Source of the DNA: an uncultured Verrucomicrobiae bacterium
GTDB lineage: Bacteria > Verrucomicrobiota > Verrucomicrobiia > Chthoniobacterales > JAATET01
Direction of reading: 5' to 3'
Assembly: GCA_963719495.1 (NCBI GenBank)
Contig: CAVRCI010000015.1
Span: 114,948-178,947 of the forward strand
DNA length: 64,000 nt
Below, one piece after another: positions 10,118 to 20,682 of the stretch. The position numbers and the translations under genes were made by a program. Positions within the stretch are counted from its first letter, which is position 1. The number at the start of each line of letters is the position of its first letter. The notes under the pieces were generated by a model, which saw only the letters and a program-made list of their open reading frames with translations, was not told the origin of the DNA and did no database searches.

Positions 10118-11074
10118 ATGTCGATTAGGAGATTTGGATGGGCGACCGCGGTGGTGGCGGCGTTTGGGGTGATGGGATGTGCGACGTTTGACCGGCCGGT
10201 CCCGGCGGAGGAGGAGGTCGGGCTTTCGGCGCGGGACCGGGTGGTGCGATTGCAGATCTTTTTGGATTCGGTCAATTTCGGGCCGGGAGTGGTCGACGGT
10301 CGCGACGGGGAGTTCACGGCGAAAGCGCTGGGCGAATATCGGCGGGTGATGGGGCGGGATCCGGACGTGGGAGGCGTGGTTCCGTACACCACCTATGTGA
10401 TCACCGCCGAGGATGAGGGTCGCGTGGGGGCGGCTGCGTCGGGTCCGGAGGACATGGCGACGCGGAAGCGTCTTCCCTACGCGAGTCTGACCGAGCTGCT
10501 GGGTGAACGGTTTCACACGACGGAATCGTTCGTCCGGAAGCTCAACCCCGGGGTCGAGCTTGATCGGGCCGTGGCGGGGACGCGGGTGAAGGTGCCGAAC
10601 GTGGCGCGGCCGCTTCGGGTGGCGAAGTTTCCGTCCGCCTACCCGGCGGCCGTGGCTTCCGCGGTGGCTCCCCGGCGAGTCGTGATCGATCTGCGCGAGC
10701 GGTTGCTGCGCGTGATCGGCGGGGATCGTTTGTTGGCGGTCTTTCCGATCACTCCGGGGTCGAGCGAGCATCCGGCTCCGGTCGGCGAGTGGAAGATCCT
10801 GGGCTTGGCTCCGTGGCCGTGGTTTCGCTGGGACGATGGGGTGCTCGAGCGGGGGGTGCGGACGGAGGTCGCGTATCAGATCCCGCCGGGGGTCAATAAT
10901 CCGGTGGGGATTCTTTGGGCTGGTCTGAACAAGCCCGGGGTCGGGATTCACGGCACGCCGTCGCCGGAGACGATCGGGCGCTCGGGGAGTCACGGATGCA
11001 TCCGGTTGTCGAACTGGGACGCGGCGACTTTTTACACGTTGGTGCCGAAAGGGACAGCGGTGACGATCCGCTGA
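10118..11074 (+). CDS. L,D-transpeptidase (YkuD family) lipoprotein
   Basis: GIHGTPSPETIGRSGSHGCIRL catalytic motif; N-terminal lipobox-like VMGC; peptidoglycan-binding-like segment. Confidence 0.92.
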   Translation: MSIRRFGWATAVVAAFGVMGCATFDRPVPAEEEVGLSARDRVVRLQIFLDSVNFGPGVVDGRDGEFTAKALGEYRRVMGRDPDVGGVVPYTTYVITAEDEGRVGAAASGPEDMATRKRLPYASLTELLGERFHTTESFVRKLNPGVELDRAVAGTRVKVPNVARPLRVAKFPSAYPAAVASAVAPRRVVIDLRERLLRVIGGDRLLAVFPITPGSSEHPAPVGEWKILGLAPWPWFRWDDGVLERGVRTEVAYQIPPGVNNPVGILWAGLNKPGVGIHGTPSPETIGRSGSHGCIRLSNWDAATFYTLVPKGTAVTIR

Positions 11075-11228
11075 TCGAGGATCGACACGGCGTGCGTCGT
11101 TTTGTTTGGCCGCAAAGAGGCGCAAAAGGCGCAAGAACGCTGACCCTTTCGGAGAATGGATGTCTTGCGAAGGTGCGAAGCCGTTAGGACGGAGGGGGAT
11201 AAAATCGCTCGGGGCTTGGCGCGAGGCC

Positions 11229-11400
11229 ATCGATCCCTTGAAAGGAAATTGAGACAGGATTTACGGAATTGACGGGATTACGGTGAGGATGGGTCTATCA
11301 ATTTCCCTCACTCATCGAGAATATGGGCGATTTTCCGGAAGTGACGGAAATTCAATCCTGATAATCCTGTGAATCCTGTCCATTCGCGGTTCCAGGGTCT
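11229..11400. repeat. ~170-bp MITE-like repeat (family E, copy 2)
   Basis: gagacaggatttacggaa...aatcctgataatcctgtgaatcctgtccattc. Confidence 0.65.
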
Positions 11401-11414
11401 TTCGAGCGGTAAGT

Positions 11415-12446
11415 TTATTGGATCTTGTTGAACGACTTTGGGTCGAACGCGTCGCGGACGCCTTCGCCGACGAAGGCGGTGAGGAGGAGGGTGACGAAGA
11501 GGGCGGCGACGGCGGAGGAGGCGACCCAGGGCGCGTAGAGATTCTCGAGACCCTGCTGGATCATTTCACCCCAGCTGGAGGTCGGCGGTGGGAGGCCGAA
11601 GCCGAGGAAGTCGAGGGCGGTGAGCGACGAGATGCCGCCGACGATCATGAAGGGGAGGAGGGTGATGACGGGGGTCATGGCGTTGGGCAGAATCTGGCGG
11701 AAAAGGATGTTGAAGGTGCTGGAGCCGAGGTTGCGGGAGGCGAGGACGTAGGGCTGCTCGCGGAGTTTGAAGAATTCGCCACGGAGGTAGTAGGAAAGGC
11801 CGATCCACTGGAAAATCGCCATGACGAAGAGGAGGATCGTAAAACTCTGGCCGTAGATCGAGCCCATGAGGATGACGACGTAGAGAAATGGGAGGGCGGA
11901 CCAGACCTCGATGAGGCGCTGGACGACGAGGTCGACTTTGCCGCCAAGGTATCCTTGGACGCCGCCGATCACGATGCCGAGGACGGTGCTGATCGCGGCG
12001 AGGGCGAGGGCGAAGAGCATGCAGATGCGGAAGCCGTAAATGAGCCGGGCGAGGACGTCGCGGGCGGCGTTGTCGGTGCCGAGCCAGTGTTGGGCGGAGG
12101 GCCGGTGGGGTGGCGCTCCGTCGAGGTCGAGGTAGGGGTGGAGCGGATCGTGCGGGATCGGGGGGAGGATCATCCAGCCGCCGGCTTCCTTGAAGGCGGG
12201 GTCGGTGCGGAGCTGAAGGTAGTTGGCTTCGGTGCGGTATGGGCCGCCGAAGGTCTGGCCGCTGTAGAATTTGACCGTGGGGAAGTGGAGCTTTCCTTCG
12301 TAGCCGAGGACGAGCGGGTGGTCGTTGACGAGTTGTTCACTGAAGAGCGAGACGACGAAGGCGGTGGTGAGGATGAGCAGCGACCACCACGCCCGCTTGA
12401 TGGAGCGGAACTTCCGGAATTTGTCGCGGGTGACGGGTGAGAACAC
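11415..12446 (-). CDS. yejE: Oligopeptide ABC transporter permease, YejE-like
   Basis: KRAWWSL, HWLGTD..RDVLARLIYGFR, LTALDFLGFGLPP, GEGVRDAFDP; GTG start re-picked. Confidence 0.85.
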   Translation of the reverse strand: MFSPVTRDKFRKFRSIKRAWWSLLILTTAFVVSLFSEQLVNDHPLVLGYEGKLHFPTVKFYSGQTFGGPYRTEANYLQLRTDPAFKEAGGWMILPPIPHDPLHPYLDLDGAPPHRPSAQHWLGTDNAARDVLARLIYGFRICMLFALALAAISTVLGIVIGGVQGYLGGKVDLVVQRLIEVWSALPFLYVVILMGSIYGQSFTILLFVMAIFQWIGLSYYLRGEFFKLREQPYVLASRNLGSSTFNILFRQILPNAMTPVITLLPFMIVGGISSLTALDFLGFGLPPPTSSWGEMIQQGLENLYAPWVASSAVAALFVTLLLTAFVGEGVRDAFDPKSFNKIQ

Positions 12447-12502
12447 GGGGTGGGATGGAGCGGTGAGTGGAGTGCGGCTTCGCCGATGGGTTGGGTCGGC
12501 GA

Positions 12503-12973
12503 TTACAAATCGCCGCTCCTCGAGGGGGGCCATCTTTTTGGGGTGACTTCGAGGTTCGTTTTCGCCGCTAGAGCGCGCTGGCGGCGATCGAAGGAACAGA
12601 ATTCGGTGCAACGGCATTCCAGGGCGGCGGCTACGTGGAGGATGTCGAGGCTTCGGGTGCCAATGGCGGTGGCGTGGCTCAAGGACAATTCCTCGGCTCG
12701 GCCAAAGACTTGGATCAGGTCGTAGTCGGGTAGCCTGAGGCGTCCCGCAGCGGAATCCGCAGCGACGAGCCGGAAAATTTTTCGCTGTTCGGCGGCGGTC
12801 AACTCGCCGCGGAACGTCTTGAGCCGAATCGCGGTGAGAAGCTCGATCCGATGAATGTGCGTGAACGGGAGCGGAAGCGGAGCTTGCTCGACGAGGGCGA
12901 TCGCGTGATCGGAGTCGAGCTCGTCGACATACAGCTTCACGAGCACACCGGTGTCGAAATAGGCGGTCACCAT
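12503..12973 (-). CDS. vapC: PIN-domain VapC toxin
   Basis: AYFDTGVLVKLY, RSLDILHVAAAL, SFDRRQ. Confidence 0.88.
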   Translation of the reverse strand: MVTAYFDTGVLVKLYVDELDSDHAIALVEQAPLPLPFTHIHRIELLTAIRLKTFRGELTAAEQRKIFRLVAADSAAGRLRLPDYDLIQVFGRAEELSLSHATAIGTRSLDILHVAAALECRCTEFCSFDRRQRALAAKTNLEVTPKRWPPSRSGDL

Positions 12974-13197
12974 TCCCCCCGGGCTTCGTCGATGGTCTCG
13001 CTGGTCCGGCCCGCCGCGGGTCGCACGAGGCGGGAGCGCAGGTCGGGCCAAGCGGCAGGCGAGGTTGTTCGCGGAGCGGGTGCGATGACCGCAAAGGGGC
13101 GGCCACGCTTCGTGATTTGAACCTTTTCGCCGGCTTCGATCCAACGGGAAACGAGTGGGAAGTCGTTGCGGAGATCGGCGACGGTGGCGGTTTTCAT
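12967..13197 (-). CDS. Phd/YefM-family antitoxin
   Basis: MKTATVADLRNDF...GEKVQITKRGRPFA; overlaps vapC start. Confidence 0.85.
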   Translation of the reverse strand: MKTATVADLRNDFPLVSRWIEAGEKVQITKRGRPFAVIAPAPRTTSPAAWPDLRSRLVRPAAGRTSETIDEARGEW

Positions 13198-13239
13198 ATG
13201 AGAGATTTAATCTCATTGTCGAGGGGCTGCAAGCGCGGC

Positions 13240-14247
13240 TCAATCGAAGCGGATGCGGGGGTCGATGGCGACGTAGACTATGTCGCTGAAGAGGCGGCCG
13301 ATCATGGTGAAGAAGCTGCTCAGAATGATGATGCCGAGGACGACATTGTAGTCGCGGCCGACGACGGAATTATACATGAGGAGTCCCATGCCATCGATGT
13401 CGAAGACCTTTTCGATGAGGAGGGCGGAGGCGAACATGGCGGAAAAAATGGACCCGATGCCGGTGGCGATGGGGATGAGGGAGTTGCGGAAGACCTGCCG
13501 CCACACGGTGCGGCGGAACGAGAGGCCCTTGGCCATGGCGGTGCGGACGTAGTCGCGGTTGAGCTCGTCGAGGACGCTGTTCTTCATGAGGAGCGTGAGG
13601 ACGGCGAACTCTCCGAGCATGTAGCAGAAGAGCGGGAGCACCATGTGGTGGAGGAAGTCGAGAACCTGATTGGTGGGCGAGAGGTATTCGAAATTGCCGG
13701 AAACGATGCCGCCGATCGGGAACCAATCGAGGTAACTGCCGCCGCCGAGGTAGATGATGAGAAGGGTGCCGAGGGCGAAACCGGGGATCACGTAGGCGGC
13801 GAAGATGAGAATTGAACTGACCGAATCGCGGGCCGTGCCGTGGGACAGGGCTTTCCAGACGCCGAGTGGGATGGAGATGAGATAGGCCAGGAAGAAGGAG
13901 GTGAGACCGAAGAAGAGGGAGATCGGGATCTTGCTGGCGATCACGCCGAGGGCGGGTTGCTGGTAGACGTAGCTATTTCCGAAGTCGCCGCGGACGACGT
14001 TCCAGAGCCAGGTGAAGTAGCGAATGTAGGCGGGTTGATCGAAGCCGAAGTAGGCTTTGATGTTCGCGACTTCGGCGGCGGAGATGGTGGCACCGCCGGG
14101 GCGGGACGCGGCGGCGGCGCGGACTTTGCTGATGATCTCCTCGACGGGGCCGCCGGGGACGAACTGAATGAGAATGAAGCAGACGACCGAGATGCCGAGG
14201 AGCGTCGGCACCATGAGGAGGAGGCGACGGAGGATGTAGGTGGTCAT
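13240..14247 (-). CDS. yejB: Oligopeptide ABC transporter permease, YejB-like
   Basis: YILRRLLLMVPTLLGI, QFVPGGPVE, YVRTAMAKGL, VYVAIDPRIRF. Confidence 0.88.
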   Translation of the reverse strand: MTTYILRRLLLMVPTLLGISVVCFILIQFVPGGPVEEIISKVRAAAASRPGGATISAAEVANIKAYFGFDQPAYIRYFTWLWNVVRGDFGNSYVYQQPALGVIASKIPISLFFGLTSFFLAYLISIPLGVWKALSHGTARDSVSSILIFAAYVIPGFALGTLLIIYLGGGSYLDWFPIGGIVSGNFEYLSPTNQVLDFLHHMVLPLFCYMLGEFAVLTLLMKNSVLDELNRDYVRTAMAKGLSFRRTVWRQVFRNSLIPIATGIGSIFSAMFASALLIEKVFDIDGMGLLMYNSVVGRDYNVVLGIIILSSFFTMIGRLFSDIVYVAIDPRIRFD

Positions 14248-14398
14248 TTGCTAATTTGAAATGCGGAATGCGGAATTAGAAATGAATGGGGAGTGAGGCT
14301 TCGCCTTGGGGTTGGTTCGGCAGCCGGAGCGAAGCGGAAACAGGCGAAGCCAATTGCAAATCGCCGCTCGTTGAGTGGGGCGCTCCTTTTAACAAACC

Positions 14399-14575
14399 TG
14401 TCATGTTGAGCGGAGCGAAACATCTCTGGCTTTTTGTATTTATGCGGCGTTTGTTGGAGAACCGGACGCGGGCGGATATGCGAGGGCTCTTTAAGTGTAA
14501 GCCAGAGATTGCCTTTTTGGTTGCTTGAAGAAGTGAAAGGCGGTCGATGGCTCTTCACTCCGTTCAGAATGACAG
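14399..14575. repeat. Inverted pair of family B REP-like elements
   Basis: tgtcatgttgagcggagcgaaacatc ... gatggctcttcactccgttcagaatgacag; 14503-14575 is 71/73 identical to 40555-40627. Confidence 0.75.
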
Positions 14576-14607
14576 ATTGGGGGACGGGGCGGCCTTCGGC
14601 TTTCTAG

Positions 14608-16419
14608 TTAATCCTGATAAGTGACTTGGGCGGGCTCGGCGGGGAGGTCGGTGTTGGTTTTCATCGCTTCCTTGAGGGCTGCGGCTTTCTTTTCGTCGAG
14701 CCACCAGTAGGTGAAGGCGGCGTCTTCTCGGTTGAACTTGTCCAGGACGTATCTCGGGGTGCCGTAGCGGTTCCAGTAGAGGAGGCGGGCTCCTCGGGAT
14801 TGCCACATGAGGACGAACGGGGAGATCTCGACGAGGCGGGCGTCGATCTGGCGGAGGATGTCGTTGCGGACGGCGAGGTCGGGTTCGGTCTTCTGTTTTT
14901 CGATCAGGGCGTCGATCTGTGGGTCGGTGACGCCGGAGTAGTTGCCGGTGGCGATCTCGTTGGCTTGCTCGGAGGACCAAGCTCCTTCGGGGTCGCGGAG
15001 ACGACCGGCTCCAGTGGCGAGCCAGAAGACGTCGAAGTCCTGGGTGTCGGTGCGCTTGGTGAAGCTGGCGCGGGAGACGAGGTCGATCTTCGGGCGGATG
15101 CCGATGGCCTTGAGGTCCTGAACGTAAATGTTCATGTGGCGGAGGTCTTCGCCGTGAAAGAGGATGCTGAGGTCGAAGGGCTGACCGTCCTTGGCGAGGA
15201 CGCCGTCGGCTCCGACTTCCCAGCCGGCTGCTTTCAGCAGGGCGCGGGCTTTTGACGGATCGTAAGGGATGGTCTCGATGGCGGGGTTGGTGTTCTCCGG
15301 GTAGAGGTCGGGGTAGTAGGAGTTGAGGAGGAAATACTGGTCGAACATGAGCTTCTCGTTCATGAGCGCCCGGTTGAAGACGAGGGCGAGGGCCTGGCGG
15401 ACGCGGGGGTCCTGAAATTTTTCGCGGCGGAGATTGAGGACGAGGCCCTGGACGCCCTTGGGTTCGCGGTTCTCGACTTCCTGGCGGACGACCCAGTTTT
15501 TCTGAACCTGCGGGAAGTTGGTTTTCTCGGCCCAGATCTGCGCGGTGTAGATCGGGTAGGCGTCGATTTCGCCTTTTTTGAAGACTTCGAGCATCTTGTT
15601 GCGGTCTTCCATGGAGATGAAGAGGAGGTGGTCGAAGTTGTATTTGCCGACGTTGTATTGCTTCACGCGGCCCCACCAATTGCCGCGGCGCTTGAGGCTG
15701 ATCGAGCGGTTGGTCTTCACTTCTTCGATTTGGTAGGGGCCGCTGACGACGGGGAATTCGAAGTTCTGTTTGTTGAAGTCGACGTCCTTCCAGACGTGTT
15801 TGGGGAAGGCGGAGAGGCCAGCGGCGGTCCAGAAATTTCCCCAATGCGGCTCGGTCGCGGTGATGCGGATCGTATTCGCGTCGACGACTTCGGGGCGGGA
15901 GAAGCGTGAGAGGTCGACGCGAAAGAGGGACGTGAGATTTTTCTCGTTCATGATGACGTCGTAGTAGAACTGGACGTCTTCGGCGGTGATGGGCTGGTCG
16001 TCGCTCCACCTGGCGCGCGGGTCGAGGTGGAAGGTGAAGGTTTTGCCGTCCTCGGAGGTCTCCCAGGAATCGGCGAGGAGGCCGATCGGCTCGTCCTTTG
16101 TCGAGTGGAGGGAGACGAGCGACTCGAACATGAGGTCGCAGACGTTCTTGGAGAACGAGTTGTAGTCGAGCCAGGCGTTGAGGGATTTCGGGAACGGGCC
16201 GCCCCAGGTGGCGAAGGTGCCGCCGCGCTGGGCGGTCGGGACCGCGATGGGGTCGGATTCGCCGGTGGTTTCGACCTGGACCGGGACGTCTTTGACGACC
16301 GGGGCGGCTGGCGTGGGCTGGTCGCCGCCGGGTCCGCAGGCGGCGAGGAGAAGCGTGGTGGCGGCGAGCAGGATGGGTGCGGCGTGGCGGGTCATGATGG
16401 CGGTTGGGATCTTTCGCAT
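14608..16419 (-). CDS. yejA: Family 5 extracellular solute-binding lipoprotein, YejA-like
   Basis: LAAC lipobox, GLLADSWE, ARWSDDQPITAEDVQF, SGPY, FQDPRVRQAL; start may be 16395. Confidence 0.85.
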   Translation of the reverse strand: MRKIPTAIMTRHAAPILLAATTLLLAACGPGGDQPTPAAPVVKDVPVQVETTGESDPIAVPTAQRGGTFATWGGPFPKSLNAWLDYNSFSKNVCDLMFESLVSLHSTKDEPIGLLADSWETSEDGKTFTFHLDPRARWSDDQPITAEDVQFYYDVIMNEKNLTSLFRVDLSRFSRPEVVDANTIRITATEPHWGNFWTAAGLSAFPKHVWKDVDFNKQNFEFPVVSGPYQIEEVKTNRSISLKRRGNWWGRVKQYNVGKYNFDHLLFISMEDRNKMLEVFKKGEIDAYPIYTAQIWAEKTNFPQVQKNWVVRQEVENREPKGVQGLVLNLRREKFQDPRVRQALALVFNRALMNEKLMFDQYFLLNSYYPDLYPENTNPAIETIPYDPSKARALLKAAGWEVGADGVLAKDGQPFDLSILFHGEDLRHMNIYVQDLKAIGIRPKIDLVSRASFTKRTDTQDFDVFWLATGAGRLRDPEGAWSSEQANEIATGNYSGVTDPQIDALIEKQKTEPDLAVRNDILRQIDARLVEISPFVLMWQSRGARLLYWNRYGTPRYVLDKFNREDAAFTYWWLDEKKAAALKEAMKTNTDLPAEPAQVTYQD

Positions 16420-16613
16420 GTTTGGCGGGTGGCGGCAAGGCGTTGGGGTGGGTGGGTGATTGGTGATTGGTGAGCACCGGAGCCTGGGAAGGCTCGGGGC
16501 AGACTGCGTCGGCTCTGCGACGCAGCCCGAAGGGCGAGACAAGCGGGAGCGAGCGAGTCAATGGTGAATGGTGAATGGGAAGGTGAGTTCGCTGCGCCCA
16601 CTTTGGGTTGGTG

Positions 16614-16715
16614 CGGCGGTTGGAAACCGCCGTTCCTTGAAGGGTGTGGTCGGCGGTTGGAAACCGCCGCTCCTTGAAAGGTTTGGTCGGCGATTGGGAA
16701 TCGCCGTTCCTCGAG
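16614..16715. repeat. Three tandem 37-bp REP-like palindromic units (family C)
   Basis: cggcggttggaaaccgccg-type hairpins starting at 16614, 16651, 16688; single copies near 12494, 14350 and 38119. Confidence 0.8.
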
Positions 16716-16774
16716 TGGTGGCTTGCTTTGGGGGTGGGGTGTGGTTGACTGGTCGGTTTCCACCAATTCGCCAA

Positions 16775-18094
16775 ATGAACGTTTTTCTCGAACCCAAGCC
16801 CAATTGCATCTCCACCCTCCGCGTCGAACTTCCACCCGATCAGGTGGAGAAGGAATGGCAGACGACGGCCAAGGCTTTTCAAAAGCAGGCGAAGATCCCC
16901 GGGTTTCGTCCCGGCAAAGCTCCGGCGGCCGTGATCGCGAAGCGCTACGAGGACGACATTCGCGAGGAGGTGAAGAGCCGGCTGCTGCGTTCGTCGATGA
17001 ACGAGGCGATCGCGCAGAAAAAGCTCAAGGTGATCTCGGTCGCGAAGGTGGACGACGTCGAAATCGGCGCGGACAAGTCGATGAGCTACTCGGCGACGCT
17101 GGTGACGGCCCCGGATTTCGAAGTTCCGGAATACAAGGGCCTGGAAGTGGAGATCGCGAAGAAGGACGTGACGGAAGCGGACGTCGAGGAGGCGCTCAAA
17201 TCACTCGCCGAGCAGCATTCGGAGTTCGAGACCGTCGAGGGGCGGGCGCTGGCGATGGATGACTTCGCCGTGCTCACCTACGCCGGGACGTTGGACGGAA
17301 AGCCGCTCGCCGAGGCGGTCGAGAACTGCCCGCCGCTGTTGGCCGGGAAACCGAATTGGTGGATTCGGATGGCCCCCGCGACGCTGGCACCGGGATTTTG
17401 CGAAGCGCTCGTGGGGTTGAGCGTCGGCGAAGACCGGGCGTTCGACGTCGCGCTCCCGGAGGAGTTTCCGTTCGAGCCGCTGCGTGGGAAGACCGTCGCT
17501 TACACGTCGACGCTGCACGAGATCCGCGAGCGGAAGATGCCCGAATTCGACGACGAACTCGCGTCGAAGATCGAGCCGGGCAAGACGATGCCGGAGTTGC
17601 GTGAGCGCATCAAGACGGAGCTCGACCGCTACGCCGATAACGAATTCGAGAGCGGGAAGCGGTCCGGGGCGATGAAGAAGCTTCTCGAAGCCGTGCGTTT
17701 CGATCTGCCGCAGGACATGGTGCGCAACGAGATGTCGGGCATCATGCGCGACATCGTGCAGGAGAATCAGGGCCGCGGCGTGAGTGACGAGGAGTTGCAG
17801 GCGCACGAGAACGAGATCCAAGGCGCGGCCGAGCAGACGGCGCAGGAGCGGGTGCGCTCGACCTTCGTGCTGCTGCAGATCGCGGAGAAGGAGAAGATCA
17901 CCGCGACGCAGCAGGAGCTGGCTTTCCACGTTACGCGGATGGCGGAGCGCTACCAGATCCCGGTCAATAAGATGATCAAGGACCTGCAGAAGCGGAACGC
18001 GATCGGCAACATTCAGGAGCAGATTGTGGTCGGCAAGGCCCTTGATTTCGTTGCCTCCAATGTTACCGTGCGCGAGCCGGCCACAAAGGCGTAG
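16775..18094 (+). CDS. tig: Trigger factor
   Basis: [10 protein letters not shown] ribosome-binding motif; synteny with clpP-clpX; start re-picked at MNVFLE. Confidence 0.95.
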   Translation: MNVFLEPKPNCISTLRVELPPDQVEKEWQTTAKAFQKQAKIPGFRPGKAPAAVIAKRYEDDIREEVKSRLLRSSMNEAIAQKKLKVISVAKVDDVEIGADKSMSYSATLVTAPDFEVPEYKGLEVEIAKKDVTEADVEEALKSLAEQHSEFETVEGRALAMDDFAVLTYAGTLDGKPLAEAVENCPPLLAGKPNWWIRMAPATLAPGFCEALVGLSVGEDRAFDVALPEEFPFEPLRGKTVAYTSTLHEIRERKMPEFDDELASKIEPGKTMPELRERIKTELDRYADNEFESGKRSGAMKKLLEAVRFDLPQDMVRNEMSGIMRDIVQENQGRGVSDEELQAHENEIQGAAEQTAQERVRSTFVLLQIAEKEKITATQQELAFHVTRMAERYQIPVNKMIKDLQKRNAIGNIQEQIVVGKALDFVASNVTVREPATKA

Positions 18095-18120
18095 GCCCTT
18101 CACTTCGAGAGACCGATTTT

Positions 18121-18741
18121 ATGCTGATACCCACCGTTATTGAACAGACTGGCCGCGGCGAACGCGCCTACGACATTTACTCGCGGCTCCTGAAGGATCG
18201 CATCATTTTCATCGGCACGGGGATCGACGACAACGTCGCGAACATCGTGATCGCGCAGTTGCTCTTCCTTCAGATGGAGGATCCGAAGAAGGACATCAGC
18301 ATTTACATCAACTCGCCGGGCGGGTCGGTCACGGCTGGGATGGCGATTTACGACACGATGCAATTCGTGACGTGCGACGTGAACACCTACTGCATGGGCA
18401 TCGCGGCCAGCATGGGAGCGGTCCTCATGGCCGCCGGAACGAAGGGCAAACGCTACGCGCTGCCGAATTCCGACATCATGATTCATCAGGTTTCGGGCGG
18501 TGCGCAGGGACAGGCCAGCGACGTCGAGCGGCAGGTCGAGTTCATGTATAAGCTCAAGCGCCGGCTGAACAAAATCCTCGCCCACCACACCGGCAAGCCG
18601 GTCGAACAGGTCGAGAAGGACGCGGATCGCGATTATTACATGACGGCGGACGAGGCGAAGGAATACGGGCTGGTCGACGAGGTGGTGCAGTCGCGTAAGG
18701 AAGTGAAGCACCCGCTGGGCGACCACAAGCCGAGCGAATAG
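18121..18741 (+). CDS. clpP: ATP-dependent Clp protease proteolytic subunit
   Basis: [32 protein letters not shown]. Confidence 0.98.
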   Translation: MLIPTVIEQTGRGERAYDIYSRLLKDRIIFIGTGIDDNVANIVIAQLLFLQMEDPKKDISIYINSPGGSVTAGMAIYDTMQFVTCDVNTYCMGIAASMGAVLMAAGTKGKRYALPNSDIMIHQVSGGAQGQASDVERQVEFMYKLKRRLNKILAHHTGKPVEQVEKDADRDYYMTADEAKEYGLVDEVVQSRKEVKHPLGDHKPSE

Positions 18742-18750
18742 GACCGATTC

Positions 18751-20013
18751 GTGGCGCGGCCGTCCAACCTCACCATGTGCTCTTTCTGCGGGAAGAGCCA
18801 CGCGGAGGTGCGCAAACTGATCGCCGGTCCCGGCGTTTACATTTGCGACAGCTGCATCACGGTCTGCAAGGGGATCCTCGATAAGGAGATCGGGGAGGAA
18901 ACGCGCAAGACGGCGGCGGCGATCCGCGTGCCGAAGCCAGCGGACATCCGGCGTGAGCTCGACGCGCACGTGATTGGACAGAACACCGCGAAAAAGGTGC
19001 TCTCGGTCGCGGTGCACAATCACTACAAGCGCATCACTCAGAATGACGGCGGAGCGGTCACGCTCGACGAGCTGGCCGAGGTCGAGATCGAGAAGAGTAA
19101 CATCCTGCTCATCGGACCGACCGGGTCGGGGAAGACGCTGCTCGCGCGGACGCTGGCGCGGGTGCTCGACGTGCCTTTTGCCATCGCGGACGCGACGGCG
19201 ATCACCGAGGCGGGTTACGTTGGCGAGGACGTCGAGGGGATCATCCTGCGGTTGTTGCAGAGCGCGGATTACGACGTGAAGCGGGCGGAAGTCGGGATCA
19301 TCTACATCGACGAAATCGATAAAATCGGACGGAAAACCGAGAACGTGAGCATCACGCGCGACGTTTCCGGCGAGGGGGTGCAACAGGCGTTGCTGAAAAT
19401 TCTCGAAGGGACGGTCTGCAACGTGCCGCCGCAGGCTGGGCGGAAGCACCCGCAGCAGGATTACATTCAAGTCGATACGCGGAATATTTTGTTCATCTGC
19501 GGCGGTGCGTTCGTCGGATTGGACAAGATCGTGCAGCGGCGTCTGGGTGCGAAGTCGATGGGTTTCCACGTGCGAGGGGGCGTGGCGGCGGACGAGGTGA
19601 GCGCGGCGGTGCATGCGGCCGAGCCGGAGGATTTGCTGTCGTTCGGGTTGATTCCCGAGTTTATCGGGAGGTTGCCGGTCGACGCAGTGCTCGATCCGCT
19701 CACCGAGGATGAGTTGGTGCAAATTCTGACCGACCCGAAGAATGCGATTGTGAAGCAATACGTGAAGCTGCTCGCGATGGACGGGGCGAATCTCAACGTC
19801 ACGAAGGACGCGCTGCGGGCGCTGGCGGCGGAGGCGGTGCGGAAGGGGACGGGAGCGCGTGCGCTGCGGGCGATGATGGAGCGGATCATGCTCGACGTGA
19901 TGTATGACGTGCCAAGCCGTGACGACGTGGCCGAGATCACGGTGAACCGGGCGGTCGTCGAGGGGCGGAAGGCTCCGATGATTCGGAAGCGGGTGGAGAA
20001 GGAGGCGGCCTGA
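18751..20013 (+). CDS. clpX: ATP-dependent Clp protease ATP-binding subunit
   Basis: CSFCGK zinc finger, [29 protein letters not shown]. Confidence 0.98.
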   Translation: MARPSNLTMCSFCGKSHAEVRKLIAGPGVYICDSCITVCKGILDKEIGEETRKTAAAIRVPKPADIRRELDAHVIGQNTAKKVLSVAVHNHYKRITQNDGGAVTLDELAEVEIEKSNILLIGPTGSGKTLLARTLARVLDVPFAIADATAITEAGYVGEDVEGIILRLLQSADYDVKRAEVGIIYIDEIDKIGRKTENVSITRDVSGEGVQQALLKILEGTVCNVPPQAGRKHPQQDYIQVDTRNILFICGGAFVGLDKIVQRRLGAKSMGFHVRGGVAADEVSAAVHAAEPEDLLSFGLIPEFIGRLPVDAVLDPLTEDELVQILTDPKNAIVKQYVKLLAMDGANLNVTKDALRALAAEAVRKGTGARALRAMMERIMLDVMYDVPSRDDVAEITVNRAVVEGRKAPMIRKRVEKEAA

Positions 20014-20054
20014 TCTAATTTCGGATTTTGGATTTCGAATTTTTATGAGAGTGA

Positions 20055-20100
20055 GCGCTTCGCGCTTTTGGGTGGTGATCGGCTGGAAGCCGATGCTACG
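20055..20100. repeat. REP-like element family D (GCTGGAAGC hairpin core)
   Basis: gcgcttcgcg...gatcggctggaagccgatgctacg. Confidence 0.8.
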
Positions 20101-20108
20101 TTGACTTC

Positions 20109-20678
20109 ATGACGGCTTTGCTGGAGACGGAGGGGGCTTTGTCAGTTGAGGAATACCTCGAAGGGGAGCTTTTTTCCGACGTCAAGCACGACTACCTCGG
20201 CGGTTACGTCTACGCGATGGCGGGGGCGAGCGATCCGCACAACGTGATTGCGATGAATCTTTACGGTTCTCTTCACGCTCAACTGAAAGGGAAAAAATGC
20301 CAACCTTTCGGCTCGGACATGAAGGTGCGGTTGCGGCAGGCCGAAGATACCTACTTCTACTATCCGGACGCGATGATCTCGTGTGATCCGACCGACAGCG
20401 GAGACGGGTGGAAGGAACGGCCGACAGTTTTGTTTGAGATCCTGTCACCAAGCACGCGTCGGATCGACGAGCGGGAAAAGCGGTTGGCGTATTCAAGCGT
20501 GCCGGGTCTGGAGGCCTACGTTCGAATCGAGCAAGACCGGGCATCGGTGACGGTGGATTGGCGGACGGAGTTCGGGTGGAAAGCGGAGGTTGCTTCGGGA
20601 CTGGACGCCGTCGTTTCGTTGCCGGGAGTGGGCGTCGAGTTGGCGCTCGCCGATCTCTACGAGCGACTCGAGTTGTAG
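20109..20678 (+). CDS. Uma2 family (DUF820) restriction endonuclease-like protein
   Basis: YAMAGAS..HN, YYPD, EILSPST...EKRLAY. Confidence 0.9.
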   Translation: MTALLETEGALSVEEYLEGELFSDVKHDYLGGYVYAMAGASDPHNVIAMNLYGSLHAQLKGKKCQPFGSDMKVRLRQAEDTYFYYPDAMISCDPTDSGDGWKERPTVLFEILSPSTRRIDEREKRLAYSSVPGLEAYVRIEQDRASVTVDWRTEFGWKAEVASGLDAVVSLPGVGVELALADLYERLEL

Positions 20679-20682
20679 GGCC

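Noticed and set aside
16614..16715. 37-bp periodic palindromic repeats as a CRISPR array
   Set aside because: Units are contiguous with no unique spacers, single copies are dispersed elsewhere, and no cas genes are present
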